DNA of 64,000 bases from Arcobacteraceae bacterium (GCA_965224485.1 CBDCZH010000003.1:32705-96704), one strand, 5' to 3'; shown: positions 29,819 through 41,097, counted from the first letter of the stretch. Program-made: numbers and translations. The notes: generated by a model from the letters alone, not told the origin.

Positions 29819-32289
29819 TAACTTCTCCACTATATTTAATTATTTCATCTTCTTCTAAATTATTATTTTTTATAAAATCATCAATATTAAAACTTTGTGA
29901 GATTTTAGAATTTTTTACACTTGTATTTTTTATTTCTTGAGCAATTATTTCATTATCTTTATTTAATGCATATAGTTTAACTTCTATATTTCTTCCATCT
30001 TTTAAACCTGTATCAGCTTGAATAAGTAAAGAATTATCAAGCTGTTTACTTATAGCTGTTCCATAATCATTCGTTATTCTTGCATTTATTATATCACCCT
30101 CATATAATACTTCACTTGCATCCAAACCACCATTAGCACTATTATCATTATAATTAGGAGTTTTAAAATGAATACCTGCACTATTTATTGTTAGAACATT
30201 TCCTCCACATTTTAAAGATATTCCTTGTGAAGCAATAATCTCGGATATATCAGAAGCTTGTTCTTTTACACTTGTTGTCTCTAAATGAAAAGAACCAGAG
30301 ATATCAACTCCCATTTCTAATCCAACTTGGACAAAGAAGTTTTCTAAGTACTTATCACTTACATCACCTTCGATATAAGTATGAAGTACATTTTTAATTG
30401 AATCAATTAAGTCTTTTTCTATATATGTCTTTTTATCTCTTTTTACTATAGTATTGAAGTCTTTATTTACTTTTAGAGTTTTATCTTCTTGTATAGTATG
30501 TACTTCTTCATTTTCTACTGTTTTAATCGTCATTTGCTTTTATTATTCTTGAGGAGTTATTTCCTATTGTTTTATTATGGTCATTTTTTATTGTTATTTC
30601 TTCATCATTTGTTATATGAGTTTTTGAGTTATTATCTATATTTCTATAAGAGTTATTTTGAGTATGAAGTTTATAATCATTTTGAGCTTTTAGATTTAGT
30701 ACTTCTGAATCTCTTTTATCTTCAAAGCCTATTTCATTGAATCCTAATTTATCAGCATATGCTGGATAAGAAGCTGTTCTTATAAAAGATTTTGATTTAT
30801 TTTGGGGTAAAGAGTTGCTATGTTTATTTTCACCATTATGAATACTTGCAATTACAATTGGTTTATTTGGGTTTCCATTTATGAAACTTACTATTACTTC
30901 GCTATTAACTCGAGGAAGGAATTGAGCTCCATAGTTATTTCCTGAGAAAATATTTGAAAGTCTGAGGTAGCTTGAAGTAGCTTTATTTTCTTCAAAATGA
31001 AAGATTACTCTTACTCTTCCCTCATTATCAACATCTATTTCATTTGTATATTCACTTGGTTTATCATTTGCATTTGATACTATTGCACTTATACTTCCTG
31101 ATATTTTTGTTTTTTTTGTTAATTTTTTTGGTTTATATATTACATCTGAAGGAATTGCTTTAAACGTGGTATAAAACTTTAAAGACGAGCTTTCTTCATT
31201 TGAAACAAATTCATCTAAAGCACTATCAAATTTTGCATAATATTTTACTTGCGTTATTATAACTTCTTTTTGTTTATTAGCTTTTTCATCATGCAATTTT
31301 ACTAAGATACAAGAACTCATATTAAGATCACTGCATTTTCCATAAACATTAAAAGAGTTTTTATATCCTTCAAGAGCATCATTTTTGCTGTATCTATTTA
31401 AGTCTTTAAACAAAGACTCATTTAATTCATTTATATTATCATGAAGTTTATAATTCTTTATATCATGTCTTAGTTGTGAGGTAAAACTATTATCACTTAA
31501 GCTTTCACTTGAAATTGATATACCTTTAATAGTTTCCATCTCAACGCTAGGTTTATCTTTATTATAAAAGTCTTCTAAAAAGTGTGAAGAACTAAATTGC
31601 TTTGATCTATTAAAACTTGATACTATTGACTTAGAAAAAACTGTTACATGTTCATTTAGTTCACATAAAGTTATATTATAAATATCATTTGAAGAATAAT
31701 CTATAATCATAGAATAACCTTCTTCTTCACAAAGCATTGTTATAAACTCTAAACAAGATTGATTATATCTAGTAGTATATTCTTTTATAGGAGCTGTATT
31801 TAAATCTATTTTCATATCAACTTTTACATTTAATAAAGGTGCATACCTATTAACTATTTCAGTGATAATATCAGGAACTCTTTTATCTAAAAATATTTCA
31901 TAGGCTTTATTTAAACCCATATAATACATAGGTGAGACTATATGTATTTTATACATGTATTTAGATGCCACAACTGAGTTTTCTTCTACTTTAAATATTT
32001 TTCCAAAAATAGACTTAGAATTTAAAGAGTTATATTTATCTCTTAAAATAAACTCAACACTAGTATCAGCTATATCTTCTATGTTTATTAAAAAATCACT
32101 AACAAAAGTAACATGAAACTCATAAGGTTTTGAAACACCAGAAAAGCCTTCAAACTCATAAACACTATATGAACCATCAGTAATTCCTAAAGCCATATTG
32201 GGAGTATATTCTAAGAGCTTTATACGTCCATTGATATCTTGCTTTATTATGGGAGATAAATCTTTGAGTAAATTATTTAGTACAGACAT
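29808..32289 (-). pseudogene. vgrG: type VI secretion tip protein VgrG with C-terminal extension, split by a 1-nt frameshift at ~30530 (real or sequencing error)
   Basis: gp27-like hub (YN.S.LEFI..LCEEEG), gp5 OB region (GRVRVIF..FLPRVNSEVIVSFINGNPNKP), NEIGFED, 8-aa beta-helix repeats continuing across both ORFs. Confidence 0.88.
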
Positions 32290-32370
32290 TTCTTTTCCTA
32301 AAAGAGATTTTAAGAAAAGATAATAACATAATATATTTTATTATGTTATTAAATAAGAAAGAATATTACT

Positions 32371-34474
32371 TTATTTTAAACTTAAAGAAATTTTTTGCTT
32401 ATCTCTATCTATTTGTAATATTCTAATTTTTTTTAAACTTTGATTTACACTTAAAATATCCATAGGATGGGATATTCTCTTTTGACTTATTTGTGATATA
32501 TGTAAAAGTGCATCATTTTTCAAACCAATATCTATAAAAGCACCAAAATCAGTGATGTTTCTAACTACTCCTGAAACTATATCATCTTCTTTTAAACTAT
32601 CAAAATCTTTTAATTCTTCATTAAAACTAACTTGTTCTAAATCATCACGTATATCAAAACCTGGTTTTAAAAGCTCTGTAATAATATCTTTTAAACTTTG
32701 TATTCCACACTCATATTCTTGTGAAATATTTATAAGTTCTTCTTCTTTTAATAGCTCTAAGTTAAAATTATTTAAATGTTTTGCTATTTTATAACTCTCT
32801 GGATGAATTCCACAATTATCTAAATAACTATCTCCATCTTTTATTCTTAAAAAACCAACACTTTGTTCATAAGCTTTAGCCCCTATTCCTTTTACTTTTA
32901 ATAATTGTTTTTTATTAGAAAAACCTTTTATTTCATCTTTATAATCAATTATATTTTTTGCTAATTTTAAAGAAATTCCAGAAACAAAAGATAATAATTT
33001 ATAAGAAGCTGAATTTAAATCAACACCTACTTTATTTACTAAAGCAAAGGTAACATCACTTAGTTTCTTTTCTAAATCTTTTTGATTTACATCATGTTGA
33101 TACTGCCCTATTCCTAAAGATTTAGCATCTATTTTTACTAAGGCAGACATAGGATCTCTTAGTCTTTGAGCAATTGAAATAGCTCCTCTAATTGTTACAT
33201 CTAAAAAAACCATACTCTTCTTGTGCTATTTTAGATGCTGAATAAATAGATGCACCAATTTCACTTACGACTGCATATTTTACATCTAAGTTATTATCTT
33301 TTATAAGTTTTGAAATAAAAGCAAGACTTTCCTTACTAGCTGTTCCATTTCCAATAGCAATCGCAGTTATTTTATACTTCTTAATTAAAGCTAATAAAAT
33401 AAGAACAGACGCTTCTTCTTGGTTTTGATTTAATAAAAAAATCACACTTGAGTCTAAATATTTACCATTTTCATCAATTACAGCTAGTTTACAACCAGTT
33501 CTATATCCAGGATCAAAACCTAAAATTATTTGATTAACCAAAGGAGCAGTTATAAGTAAATCATGAAGATTTTTACCAAATACATCAATAGCATCATTAC
33601 TTGCTTTTACTTTTAAGTTTGTTAAAAATTCTCTTTTTAAACTTGGTAATAAAAGTCGTTTCAATCCATCTTTTAAAGCCTCATATACAAGTTCCCTTGA
33701 AGAGTCCTCACCTCTTGAGGTTCTATATTGTTTTATGTTATTTAATAAATAAGCCTCATCAACTTGTATTTTTACTGTTATTTGTTTTTCATTTACAGCT
33801 CTTAGAATTGCTAAAACTCTATGTGATTTTAAAAACTTAGCTTTTATATTAATAGAGCCTAAGTCTTTATATAAACCATCTTCTTCAAATGTTTTAGTTT
33901 TGCACGTAAGTAATAAACAGTGGTTTAAAATATTAGCTCGTAAAACCTCTTTTACTCTTAATTCTTGAGAATATCTTAAAGCTATAATATCTTGTGCTCC
34001 ACTTATAGCTTCAGAGATATCTTTAATTTCTTTGTTTATATAAGTTTTTGCTTTTTTTTCAATTTCATTTATTGAGTAACGCATACAAGAAATAATATTA
34101 GCAAGGCTTTCTAAACCATTTTTTAAAGCATTTGAAGCTCTAGTACTCTTTATTCCTTTAAAAGGCTCGTAGATATCTTCTAATACTCTTAATTTATCTG
34201 CATTTTTTATCTGTGCTGATAATTTATCACTTAATTCATCTTTCTCTTTTAAAATATTTATTATTTCTTCTTTTCTTTTTAAAAGCCTTAGACTATATTC
34301 ATATATTTCTTGAAATATAAGTAAATCTTCATCACTAGCATTAGAAGTCAAATCTTTTCTATATCTTGCAATAAAAGCAATAGTACAACCATCTTCTAAC
34401 ATATTTATAATGTTTACAATATATTTTTCTTCTAAGCTAACTTTTGTTTTTATTTGCTGTATTAAATCATTCAT
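32371..34474 (-). pseudogene. tex: Tex-family RNA-binding transcription accessory protein, split by +1 T (likely homopolymer error)
   Basis: FIARYRK, GFDPGYRTGCKLA, AIGNGTAS, GIGQYQHDV, S1 domain; 7-base homopolymer at 33203-33209 where 6 restores EEYGFLDVTIRGA. Confidence 0.9.
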
Positions 34475-35004
34475 GTATTTAAATCAAACCTTTTCATATG
34501 TTTTATTATTTCATAAGTTTTACTAACATCATAAGTTGCACTATGATAAGAATCAGGGTCAAAAGGTATTTTATAAAAAAGACAAGTTTCATCTAATTTT
34601 GGATTTTTGATTTTTTGATTTTTATTTAAAGCTTTTACAATATGTTTATTTTCTTTCATAGTGCAAAAGTGATTTTTAAATGTAGCTATTTTATATAAGT
34701 GTCTTAGTTCAAAAGAGATGTTGTGAGCAATTAATGTATCAACACCCTTACAGAAATTAGCAAAATCTTCATCTTGCTTATAATAAGCGCTATAGTTTGA
34801 GTTTTCTCTATGTTTTAAAATTTTAGCAGGAGTTAATTTATGAACAGCATAAGAGTAAGGATTAACCTCATAACGTGAGAGGTAATACCTATGGAACTTA
34901 TCAACTACCTCAAAACTACCATTAATTATTTTAATCTTTACTGCTGCTACTTCTATAACATCATGTTCATTTGAGGTATTTGTTTCAAAATCTAATATCA
35001 TCAT
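34471..35004 (-). CDS. DEDDh 3'-5' exonuclease (DnaQ-like)
   Basis: ILDFET, AHNISFE, HSATYD. Confidence 0.85.
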   Translation of the reverse strand: MMILDFETNTSNEHDVIEVAAVKIKIINGSFEVVDKFHRYYLSRYEVNPYSYAVHKLTPAKILKHRENSNYSAYYKQDEDFANFCKGVDTLIAHNISFELRHLYKIATFKNHFCTMKENKHIVKALNKNQKIKNPKLDETCLFYKIPFDPDSYHSATYDVSKTYEIIKHMKRFDLNT

Positions 35005-35015
35005 AATATTTACTT

Positions 35016-35228
35016 TTACTTGTTAGATCTTTTATCTTTTTTCTTAGCTTTTTTCTTTTTAGCTACTTTTCTTTTTTCGAAGGCTTTTTTAGAAGCTATT
35101 TTTGCTTTCTTTTTCTTACTAGGTTTTCTATCTTTTTCTTCTTGTGTTTTAGGTTTCTTTTTTTTATATTTTCTAGTTTCTTCTTCACTATTTTGAGTAT
35201 TCTCAGTGTTTTCAGTTTCGTTTATCAT
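35016..35228 (-). CDS. small lysine-rich hypothetical protein
   Basis: 70-aa ORF with AAGGA SD; acidic N-terminus, very basic C-terminus. Confidence 0.6.
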   Translation of the reverse strand: MINETENTENTQNSEEETRKYKKKKPKTQEEKDRKPSKKKKAKIASKKAFEKRKVAKKKKAKKKDKRSNK

Positions 35229-35331
35229 AGTTTATCCTTCTATATAATTAATATTTATTATCTTGCAATAGTATCTCTTTTTTATTTAAAATATGGTTGA
35301 AAAAAGAATAAATTAATTATCTCTAAAAAAT

Positions 35332-37818
35332 TTATATTATATCAATATATCTATTTCTTATGTTAATAAAGATATCTTTATTACTCAAAAACAAGTTAAT
35401 AAGTATAGGATCAAATTGTTTACCTTTTTGATGTGTAAATAAAGTAAAAATATCTTCATCCTTCCAAGCTTCTTTATAAACCCTTTTACTTCCTAAAGCA
35501 TCAAAAACATCTGCAATTGCTGTTATTCTCCCATAAATATGAATCTCTTTTCCTTTAAGTCCTCTAGGGTATCCAGAACCATCCCATTTCTCATGATGCT
35601 CAAAAGAAACAATCGCCGCTGCTTCAAGAATAGCTTCATTGGAACCTTTTAAAATATCAAATCCCTTTTTGGAATGTGATTTAATAATCTCAAATTCTTC
35701 TTTAGTCAATTTTCCAGGTTTATTCAAAATTGAATCTGGAATTCCAACTTTACCTATATCATGCATAGGGGAAGCAGTAAATAATAGATCTGATTCTTTT
35801 TTACTCATACCATATAGTGACGCCAATTCTTTTGAGTAGTAAGCAACTCTTTTTACATGATTTCCTGTCTCTTTACTTCTTGTTTCTGCAATTTCTCCCA
35901 TTTTATATATTATTGTTCTTTGTCTATTTTCTATCTCATCATGAAGGTTAATTAGTTTTGTTATATCTTGTCTTATACCAATATATTCATAGGTATTACC
36001 AGTTATATTTTTTAATGGTACAATTGTCGTTATTGTATAAAATAATTTATTTGTCTTACTAACATTTGAAAAAGAACCTTTCCATATTCCTTCTTTCTCA
36101 ACGATAGAAATAATTTTATCAAAGTCTTCTTTTTTAAAACTAGATTTTTGTAAAATAGAATATGGAATTCCTATTAATTCTTCTTTCGAATATCCACTTA
36201 GCTCACAAAATAAAGAATTAACAAAAGTTATATTCCTATCTAAATTAATTCGAATTATTATGCTACTATTTTCTAATGCATCTCTATAAAGAGTAGAAAT
36301 ACTTATTGCTTTAAGTAAAGTATTATTTTCTTTTTCTAATAAATGTTTTGATTTAGAAAATTTTTTATTTAAAATTGCCAGTTTAGAATTAATTTCACTA
36401 TTATAATTTATTTTATTTTTAAGTACTTTAACATCAGTAACTTCTTTATTTATATACTTGAATAAATTATTTATATTAAAAAATATTTCTTCAAATGATT
36501 TATATATATCTTTAGATATGATTCTTTCAATGAGTAAAATAATTAAAAGTATTATAAATACAAAACTTAAGAAATAATAGATATTATTTCTTAAATTAAT
36601 TTTAGAAAAATAAATTTCATCTTTTATTTTATCAATAATATATGTATTTAGATTATTAATTTTATTTATTTTATAGCTCATTAATGAGAATAAATCATCT
36701 CTACTATCTAATAATATATAATGAGATAGTTTATTTATTGATTCAATAGCATCTTTATCATTGATTTCTACTATTTTGTCTATATTATTTGGATTATTTT
36801 TATACTTATTATTTAACTTTATAATTTTTAAATTATTAAAATACTTATCAAATACAAATTCTATTTTATTTATTAAAAGAAGTTCAGTGCTAGAAATATC
36901 TAATTCTTTATAAGAGTTAATATAAACTTTGAACTTATTATAATTAGACATAAAAGATATTTCATATTTTGAATCTTTTCTTAATAAAAAATTCTTAAAA
37001 TCATGTATTAAACCGCCATAACCAGTTAGTTTAACAATTTGCTTAAGAAAGAACCTTCTTTTACTTGAAGTTAATAGATTATTGTGAATTTTTTCTATTT
37101 TAATAAAATTTTTATCTAAACTATAATTTTTTAGAACAATACTTATATCTTTACTTGCATAGTTATAAAAATTCTCTATATATATTTTTTGGGAATAAAT
37201 TAAGTGATTAATTACTTTGTGTGATTTATTATCTATATATTCTGTTTTGCTAATATACGAAATAATCGCACGTTCAAGACTTATAGCCTCTTTTGCTCTT
37301 ATTAATTGTTCAAAAGAGACATAATTTCTTCTAATAAAAGTATTATTAAACTTTGAACTAAGAATTGTTATTAAATTCAAAAAAGAATTATTAAGTGAGC
37401 TATAAAATGAAATAATTTTAAATTTATCAATAGTTTTATTATCTATTTGAAGTCTTACTTTTTTTAATTGTTTAATTATTTTATTTATAATAGATAATTT
37501 ATTTCTAATTTCCATTGTATCCATATGTTTTGTATCATAGGTTAAAAAGTCTTTAATTTTTTTATTTACTATTTTTCTTTGTAGAAGTAAATTATTATTT
37601 TTAGAAACTAAAGAAATAGTTGATAATCCTATTTCTAATTGAAGTTCGTGGATAATTGAATTTAATTCTTCTGCAAATAATACTATACTATAAGAATAAT
37701 TTAAATCATTAAAACTATCATATTTCAATTTAGTATTGAAAAGTCCCGAAACTAAAAAACAGAAAGTTGGAAGTATTACTAAGATTAGTAACTTGTTTTT
37801 AATTGACAATTTATACAC
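35332..37818 (-). CDS. membrane HD-GYP c-di-GMP phosphodiesterase with NIT-like sensor and PAS domain
   Basis: IHELQ.E.G.S and AKE....ERA (NIT-like); PAS (FVNSLFCELSGYS..EL.G); ETGNHVKRV, MHDIGK, HHEKWDGSGYP. Confidence 0.88.
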   Translation of the reverse strand: MYKLSIKNKLLILVILPTFCFLVSGLFNTKLKYDSFNDLNYSYSIVLFAEELNSIIHELQLEIGLSTISLVSKNNNLLLQRKIVNKKIKDFLTYDTKHMDTMEIRNKLSIINKIIKQLKKVRLQIDNKTIDKFKIISFYSSLNNSFLNLITILSSKFNNTFIRRNYVSFEQLIRAKEAISLERAIISYISKTEYIDNKSHKVINHLIYSQKIYIENFYNYASKDISIVLKNYSLDKNFIKIEKIHNNLLTSSKRRFFLKQIVKLTGYGGLIHDFKNFLLRKDSKYEISFMSNYNKFKVYINSYKELDISSTELLLINKIEFVFDKYFNNLKIIKLNNKYKNNPNNIDKIVEINDKDAIESINKLSHYILLDSRDDLFSLMSYKINKINNLNTYIIDKIKDEIYFSKINLRNNIYYFLSFVFIILLIILLIERIISKDIYKSFEEIFFNINNLFKYINKEVTDVKVLKNKINYNSEINSKLAILNKKFSKSKHLLEKENNTLLKAISISTLYRDALENSSIIIRINLDRNITFVNSLFCELSGYSKEELIGIPYSILQKSSFKKEDFDKIISIVEKEGIWKGSFSNVSKTNKLFYTITTIVPLKNITGNTYEYIGIRQDITKLINLHDEIENRQRTIIYKMGEIAETRSKETGNHVKRVAYYSKELASLYGMSKKESDLLFTASPMHDIGKVGIPDSILNKPGKLTKEEFEIIKSHSKKGFDILKGSNEAILEAAAIVSFEHHEKWDGSGYPRGLKGKEIHIYGRITAIADVFDALGSKRVYKEAWKDEDIFTLFTHQKGKQFDPILINLFLSNKDIFINIRNRYIDII

Positions 37819-37941
37819 TTATAGAATATCCTTAATTTTAATATATTTTATACTTACAGATTTTTTCAGGTTTTTATCTTTTAGGCTAAGAAAGTCAACT
37901 TTTTTCTCTCTTATTATTAAAAAGTTTCCATAAATTATCAT

Positions 37942-37965
37942 CAACAGAAGGAAAAACTTCTGTTG
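37942..37965. terminator. hairpin, possible terminator downstream of the MCP gene
   Basis: CAACAGAAG-GAAAAA-CTTCTGTTG. Confidence 0.45.
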
Positions 37966-37997
37966 TCATTTTATTTCTTAATTTCAATATTTGAAGA

Positions 37998-40109
37998 TTA
38001 TTGTACTATATCATCAATTTTGATACTACTTTTACCCTCAAACTCTTTTTCATTAGCATCAGCTACTACTAATTTAGCAATTTCATCTGTTTTTTGTGCA
38101 ACCTTTTGTGTTTCACTCGCTATTGAAGCATTTTGCTGTGTTTGCTGATCTAATTGAGTTACTGCATCATTAATTTGTTCAACACCAGACTGTTGTTCTT
38201 TACTTGAAGACTCAACGTCAGCTATTAGCTGTGTTGTTTTTAAAATGTTTTCATTTAAGGTTAAATAACCTTCAATCATTTTATTTGAAATTAATTTTCC
38301 ATCATTTGCTTTTTGTGTTGCATTTTCTACTAAGTCTTTTATCTCTTTAGCAGCTTCAGCAGATCTACTTGCAAGATTTCTTACTTCTTGGGCAACTACT
38401 GCAAAACCTTTTCCAGCTTCACCTGCTGTTGCTGCTTCTACTGCTGCATTTAAAGATAATATATTTGTTTGGAAAGCAATTTGATCAATTACTGAAATAG
38501 CTTCATTAATTGCATTAACTTGCTCATTTATTTCATCCATTGATCTAGTAGTCTCTTTTGCTAAATCTTCACCTTCATTAGCTGAGCTAGTAAGTTCTTG
38601 CGCATATCCTGATATTTTTGATACATTTTGAGTATTACTTATAATAGTTGAAGTAATCTCTTCTAATGCGGCTGCTGTTTCTTCTAATGAAGCTGCTGTT
38701 TCATTTGAATTAGTACTTAAAGTATCCATATTTTTCACTAATACAACGGCACTTTGATCTAAAATCATTCCATTTTTTTTATTATCAACTAACATTTTAG
38801 TAATAGAATCACCAACTACATTAACGCCATTTGCAAGTTTTAATAAATGTTGTTTTAAACCATTTTCATCAACTCTATTCATATAGTTATATGAAGAGTA
38901 TTGCTCTAATATATTTAAAATATTATCAATATTATGCTCCATAGTATTACCCATTTTATTGATTACATTTTTTAGTTCATTTAAAGCTGGATTATTTGAA
39001 TCTCCAGATATTCTTTGACACATATCTCCTGATTCAAACTCACTCATAACTAAAACACCTTCATCTATTAGTTTTCTTTCTTTTTCAATAGATTCTTTTG
39101 TTGAGTTAATATTTACATTTACTACTTTTGCCATCATTCCAAACTCATCATTTGAGCTTTCATCTAAAAGTTTAACCGTATCTTCTTCTCTATTTAAGTA
39201 CTTAAAGAAAGAACTAAGTCCATTTTGAAAAGATATAATTGATTTACCAATATTGCTAGCAATTAAAGATGAGAAAAGAATAATAAACAAAATTCCTATA
39301 CAGGATATAATATAACTTGTAAGTTCCATACTATCAGTTTTACTATTTATCTCTTCACTTAATTCCTTAGATAAACTTTTTAATGAAATATCTGCTTGTT
39401 TAATGATTTTTCTCATTTTTCCATTTAAAGCTAATGTTTTATTAAGTCCTATATTTTCTTCTTCTTTTACAAGTTGTAAAAAATATTTTTTATAATTTTT
39501 TAATAAATCTAAGGTTTCATCTTCACTATATATAAGCATAGCATTTATTTTTTTATTAAATTTATCTACATATTTTAAATCTCGTCTTAACATAAAATCT
39601 TTTTCATGTTTTCTTAGTTCATATACTTGTGAAAGAAAATTTGAATTATTTATACTTCGTGCAAAATTCTGTAATTTTGAAGCTGTTACTCTTAATTCTC
39701 CATATAAACCAGTTGAGGGAGTAAGTCCTATATGTTCTTGTTTTTTAATAATTTCTAAAAATATACTATGATATTCATTTATAATTTTATTTAAATCATT
39801 TACATATTTTTCATCTAAATCATGATCTTTAACAAATAAAGATAAGTGATTTAAGTTTTTTTGTAAAACTTTTACATCTTTAGTAAATTTAGCTCTATAT
39901 TTCAACTCTTTAATCATTATGAAATCTTTTTCATGTTTTCTAAGACTTAAAATATTTGTTGAAACTTTTTCTACTACATTTTTAATAGTTGCAAATTCAA
40001 TTATACTCTTTGTTGAAGTAATTAATAATAACACCAATAACACCATTCCTAAAATCGATAAACCTGTTGATAACCTAAGTTTAGCTTTTATCGTCAATTT
40101 TTTAAACAT
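37998..40109 (-). CDS. methyl-accepting chemotaxis protein with HBM-like periplasmic sensor
   Basis: Duplicated LRKHEKDF motif; [29 protein letters not shown] signalling hairpin. Confidence 0.93.
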   Translation of the reverse strand: MFKKLTIKAKLRLSTGLSILGMVLLVLLLITSTKSIIEFATIKNVVEKVSTNILSLRKHEKDFIMIKELKYRAKFTKDVKVLQKNLNHLSLFVKDHDLDEKYVNDLNKIINEYHSIFLEIIKKQEHIGLTPSTGLYGELRVTASKLQNFARSINNSNFLSQVYELRKHEKDFMLRRDLKYVDKFNKKINAMLIYSEDETLDLLKNYKKYFLQLVKEEENIGLNKTLALNGKMRKIIKQADISLKSLSKELSEEINSKTDSMELTSYIISCIGILFIILFSSLIASNIGKSIISFQNGLSSFFKYLNREEDTVKLLDESSNDEFGMMAKVVNVNINSTKESIEKERKLIDEGVLVMSEFESGDMCQRISGDSNNPALNELKNVINKMGNTMEHNIDNILNILEQYSSYNYMNRVDENGLKQHLLKLANGVNVVGDSITKMLVDNKKNGMILDQSAVVLVKNMDTLSTNSNETAASLEETAAALEEITSTIISNTQNVSKISGYAQELTSSANEGEDLAKETTRSMDEINEQVNAINEAISVIDQIAFQTNILSLNAAVEAATAGEAGKGFAVVAQEVRNLASRSAEAAKEIKDLVENATQKANDGKLISNKMIEGYLTLNENILKTTQLIADVESSSKEQQSGVEQINDAVTQLDQQTQQNASIASETQKVAQKTDEIAKLVVADANEKEFEGKSSIKIDDIVQ

Positions 40110-40143
40110 TTATATCCTTTGATAATTTATATCCTTTGATAAT
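40110..40143. repeat. perfect 17-bp tandem duplication containing the MCP Shine-Dalgarno
   Basis: TTATATCCTTTGATAAT x2. Confidence 0.9.
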
Positions 40144-40349
40144 TTAAATTATTTATTTATATTGTATACAGATTTGACTTAATAGTCAATAAGATTGTAC
40201 ATTTATTTGATATAAAAGCCCTAAAAATGAGGCTTATAAAAATAATTTAAAAACTTTTTAACATATTTTAATTCTATGAAAAAATTATTACTTATCAAAG
40301 GTTTAAAGTTGAATGGGCGAAGTATCAAAAGATAAAATAGATCAAAAGG

Positions 40350-40560
40350 ATATAGAAGAAGAGGAAAAGATAAAAAAATAGAGTTAAATTAAATAGATCT
40401 TCAATTCTAGATTATAGAAATAATAGATTTGGAGACTTTTAAGGAGATACTGTAATTAACAAAAAGCAAAAAGTAGCATTAATTACTTTATTAAATAGAA
40501 ATAGCAAATTCATACTTATTAAAAAACTAGAATCAAGTAGATAAGCAAGAGATTAACTAA
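40350..40560 (+). mobile_element. degenerate IS30-family transposase remnant
   Basis: Translation NRV..NRSSILDYRNNRFGDF*GDTVINKKQKVALITLLNRNSKFILIKKLES resembles the IS30 'R.GDWEGDTVIG....ALxTLVxR.SRF' first catalytic-Asp region; contains stops and frameshifts. Confidence 0.65.
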
Positions 40561-40639
40561 CAAACTAAGAAAGATTATAAGTTTCAAAAAATATGTTGGA
40601 ATTAATTATGATTCACTTGCAACAATTTTAATTAAAAAG

Positions 40640-40716
<77 letters not shown>

Positions 40717-40773
40717 ACTACTTATAATAGTAAAAAAGATAAGATTAAATAGTTTTACAAGTTCTATTTAAAA

Positions 40774-40850
<77 letters not shown>

Positions 40851-40895
40851 ACAAACCTAGAAAAATCTAAGTGAATATTAAAATAATAAGATAAA

Positions 40896-40972
<77 letters not shown>

Positions 40973-40985
40973 ATCAACATTTAAA

Positions 40986-41062
40986 TGGTGGGTCTAGAAG
41001 GACTCGAACCTTCGACCACTCGGTTATGAGCCGAGTGCTCTAACCAGCTGAGCTACAGACCC
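40986..41062 (-). tRNA. tRNA with CAT anticodon, most likely tRNA-Ile2 (lysidine); elongator Met not excluded
   Basis: GGGTCTGTAGCTCAG...CTCGGCTCATAACCGAG...ACCA; paired G1:C72, so not an initiator. Confidence 0.9.
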
Positions 41063-41097
41063 TGGTTAAAACTAATTCACTAGATTATAAAATCTAA

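Noticed and set aside
29808..32289. vgrG as part of a prophage tail module
   Set aside because: No other phage structural, integrase or lysis genes; the downstream hydrolase/immunity layout fits an auxiliary T6SS locus
25531..32359. 11-bp direct repeat TTAAATAAGAA at both flanks of the vgrG module (25531 and 32349) as a target-site duplication
   Set aside because: Nearly all A/T in a very AT-rich genome, and no integrase or transposase nearby; likely chance
34471..35004. DEDDh exonuclease as an anti-phage defence component
   Set aside because: No defence partner genes adjacent; it sits in a housekeeping-like run with tex
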